Shown here: in pieces, positions 62,105-64,000 of the stretch
How positions within the stretch are numbered: the stretch's first letter is position 1
Layout of the letters: each line of letters begins with the position of its first letter
Assembly: GCA_951406725.2 (NCBI GenBank)
Contig: OX597815.1
Location: 214,210,001 to 214,274,000, forward strand
Direction of reading: 5' to 3'
DNA length: 64,000 bases
Origin: Octopus vulgaris
Lineage: Eukaryota
Made by a program: the position numbers and the translations under genes
The notes under the pieces: model-generated
What the model was told of the DNA's origin: nothing
Databases searched by the model: none
Seen by the model: the letters and a program-made list of their open reading frames with translations, nothing else

Positions 62105-62210
62105 AGAAGAAGAAGAAGTGGAAGAAGAAGAAGTAGAAGAAGAAGAAGAAGAAGAAGAAGAAGAAGAAGAAGAAGAAGAAGAAGAAGAAGAAGAAGAAGA
62201 AGAAGAAGAA
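62105..62210. repeat. (GAA)n microsatellite
   Basis: Directly visible. Confidence 0.97.
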
Positions 62211-62777
62211 CTCTATCCGTACTTGTAAGTACATATGGTCGTGGAACGCTGCACAAATATGCAGGTATGGATACACATGCATCACACATGATACTCATGA
62301 TGTTAATGATATCAAATATAACTATGACGCTAAATGAGACAGCATAACTATCACAATAATACCAGTAATAACTACCATAAATTTAATAGTATTTATTTTT
62401 AGTGGTGATGGTATTTCTGTAAGAGGGAGGCGGTATTATCCATTCAGTCAACTAATGTTGTTGTTTTTGTTTTTGCTGCTGCTACATTAGCTGTTGTTGT
62501 TGTTGCTGTTGCTGTTGTTTAGTCCCGGGTTACCCCAGACTGGGTAGGCCTAAACTAACATCAGTAGTCTGGGAGTAACCTGTTTTGGGGTTGTTTTTTT
62601 TTATGGTGGGGTGTTTGTTTTTTGTCCCTTTTTTTTACATCAAGGGCTTCATTGCCTAATGCATCTTTCGTTTTTTTAAGACAGTAAACTGTGGGTTGAG
62701 CTTGATCTAGCTGCTATTTCTTGAATGTTAATTACACCGTGTGAGCTCCCCCATTGACTGTAGGGCCTGCTGATAAT

Positions 62778-63150
62778 GGTTTCCGATTTTGGTACAAGGC
62801 CAGCAATTTTGAGGAGAACGAGTTGACCACTTCATCTACAGAACCTGATCTCAGTAGGATTGGAGACCAGATCGTAAAGACACGGAACAAATACTGCAAG
62901 ACCTTTTGATCGGCACTCTAACGTGTTTGCCAATCCAGCACTCGTGAGAGAAAATAAGTATTCTATAAGTCAACAAGTATTAAATATTTTCTCTTAAGCG
63001 ACATATTGTCTAGAAAAGAAGGATGAGTAAAGTCAAACAATGCAATCATGGCAGGATTTGTAATCAGAATATAAAGGAGTAACAAAATATAAAAGTACTT
63101 AGCGACAGACAGCATTCTAGCGATGATGTAATGACGCTACCAAACTACGG
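62778..63150 (-). mobile_element. Degenerate old-tail SINE-A copies
   Basis: GGTTTCCGATTTTGGTACAAGGCCAGCAATTT; GAAGGATGAGTAAAGTCAA. Confidence 0.55.
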
Positions 63151-63297
63151 CCCCTGTAGGGATCCTTGAGCAAGTCTCCTTCGAAATCCTGAAGCACTTA
63201 GTATAGTCTGTGTGAGGAGTTAGTGGACTTGTTAACTCTCAGTTTTTGTCCTGTAGAACTTCGGGACAAAAAGCTCGTGTAAGTGATGCGCGCGTGC

Positions 63298-63331
<34 letters not shown>

Positions 63332-63345
63332 AAGAGCGAGAGACC

Positions 63346-63383
<38 letters not shown>

Positions 63384-63874
63384 GCAATGGAGTCGACAAT
63401 CATAGCATTTTTTGAGCTAACCCACTTGAGAATTTCCTCTCTTTGGTACAAGTGAGACACTGAGACAAGTAAATATCTAAATAAAAATATATCAAACCAA
63501 CTGCTCTAGATTCCAGCTGCTGCTGACTGAATCGGCTGAAAATTCCGTCTGCTGCAAACTCCGACTGCTAATCAAACAGACTGCACTGATGTAAAAATAG
63601 TCGTAAGTACTGAATTTAAGTGGAAAACCCTGCTTTCTTGGCAAGTGATTTCTAAAAAATAGTTTTTCTTCTTTGCTATGATATTTAGATATATAGTTTT
63701 CCAAAACACTTTTAAAATAGATTCTCAGCAATATACTTTGTTTTTTGCTTTTTCTTTTCGTCTGAAGAGCAAAACTGTTGGCAATCTTTGAAAGAATTAC
63801 AAGATGTGATTAAAAATATTTGCTACCATGCATTTATTCGTTTCCAGGTATTTAAACCGTTTTGTACTGTAAAT

Positions 63875-64000
63875 CAGGGGTTCCCAACCACTGGGCCCGA
63901 AGAGCAGTACCGGGCTGTGAATCATTTGCCACCGAGATGCACAGAAAGAATATAAATTTCTAAATTTTTATTTTTTACAATATTGTATTGACTTTCGCTG
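63875..64000 (+). mobile_element. hAT-like element left end, runs off window
   Basis: CAGGGGTTCCCAACCACTGGGCC terminus. Confidence 0.55.

Overview
Repeat-saturated, AT-rich eukaryotic DNA with no supportable host protein-coding exon. The tRNA-derived SINE families, dense microsatellites and TTAGGG-type repeat point to a coleoid cephalopod, most likely Octopus (inference from recalled families, no search run). Most ORFs in the track are microsatellite artefacts. Real contents: three tRNA-headed SINE families (called A, B, C here), 3' ends of CR1-group and R4/Dong LINEs, Tc1/mariner, hAT and Merlin-type elements, Helitrons, a Helentron-type element, and Penelope-like terminal fragments carrying hammerhead ribozyme motifs. 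Best candidates for undescribed biology: (1) a ~1.7 kb ORF1-only (HAL1-like) retroposon in two diverged copies, with an unrecognised C-terminal domain and a 3' tail shared with the young SINE-A subfamily; (2) several unrelated type I hammerhead motifs, one in a retrozyme-like ~330 bp partial tandem; (3) a ~550 bp non-coding element that sits behind Dong/R4 LINEs in (TAA)n at two loci. Alignments, folds and coordinates were read by eye, so ends of degenerate elements are approximate.
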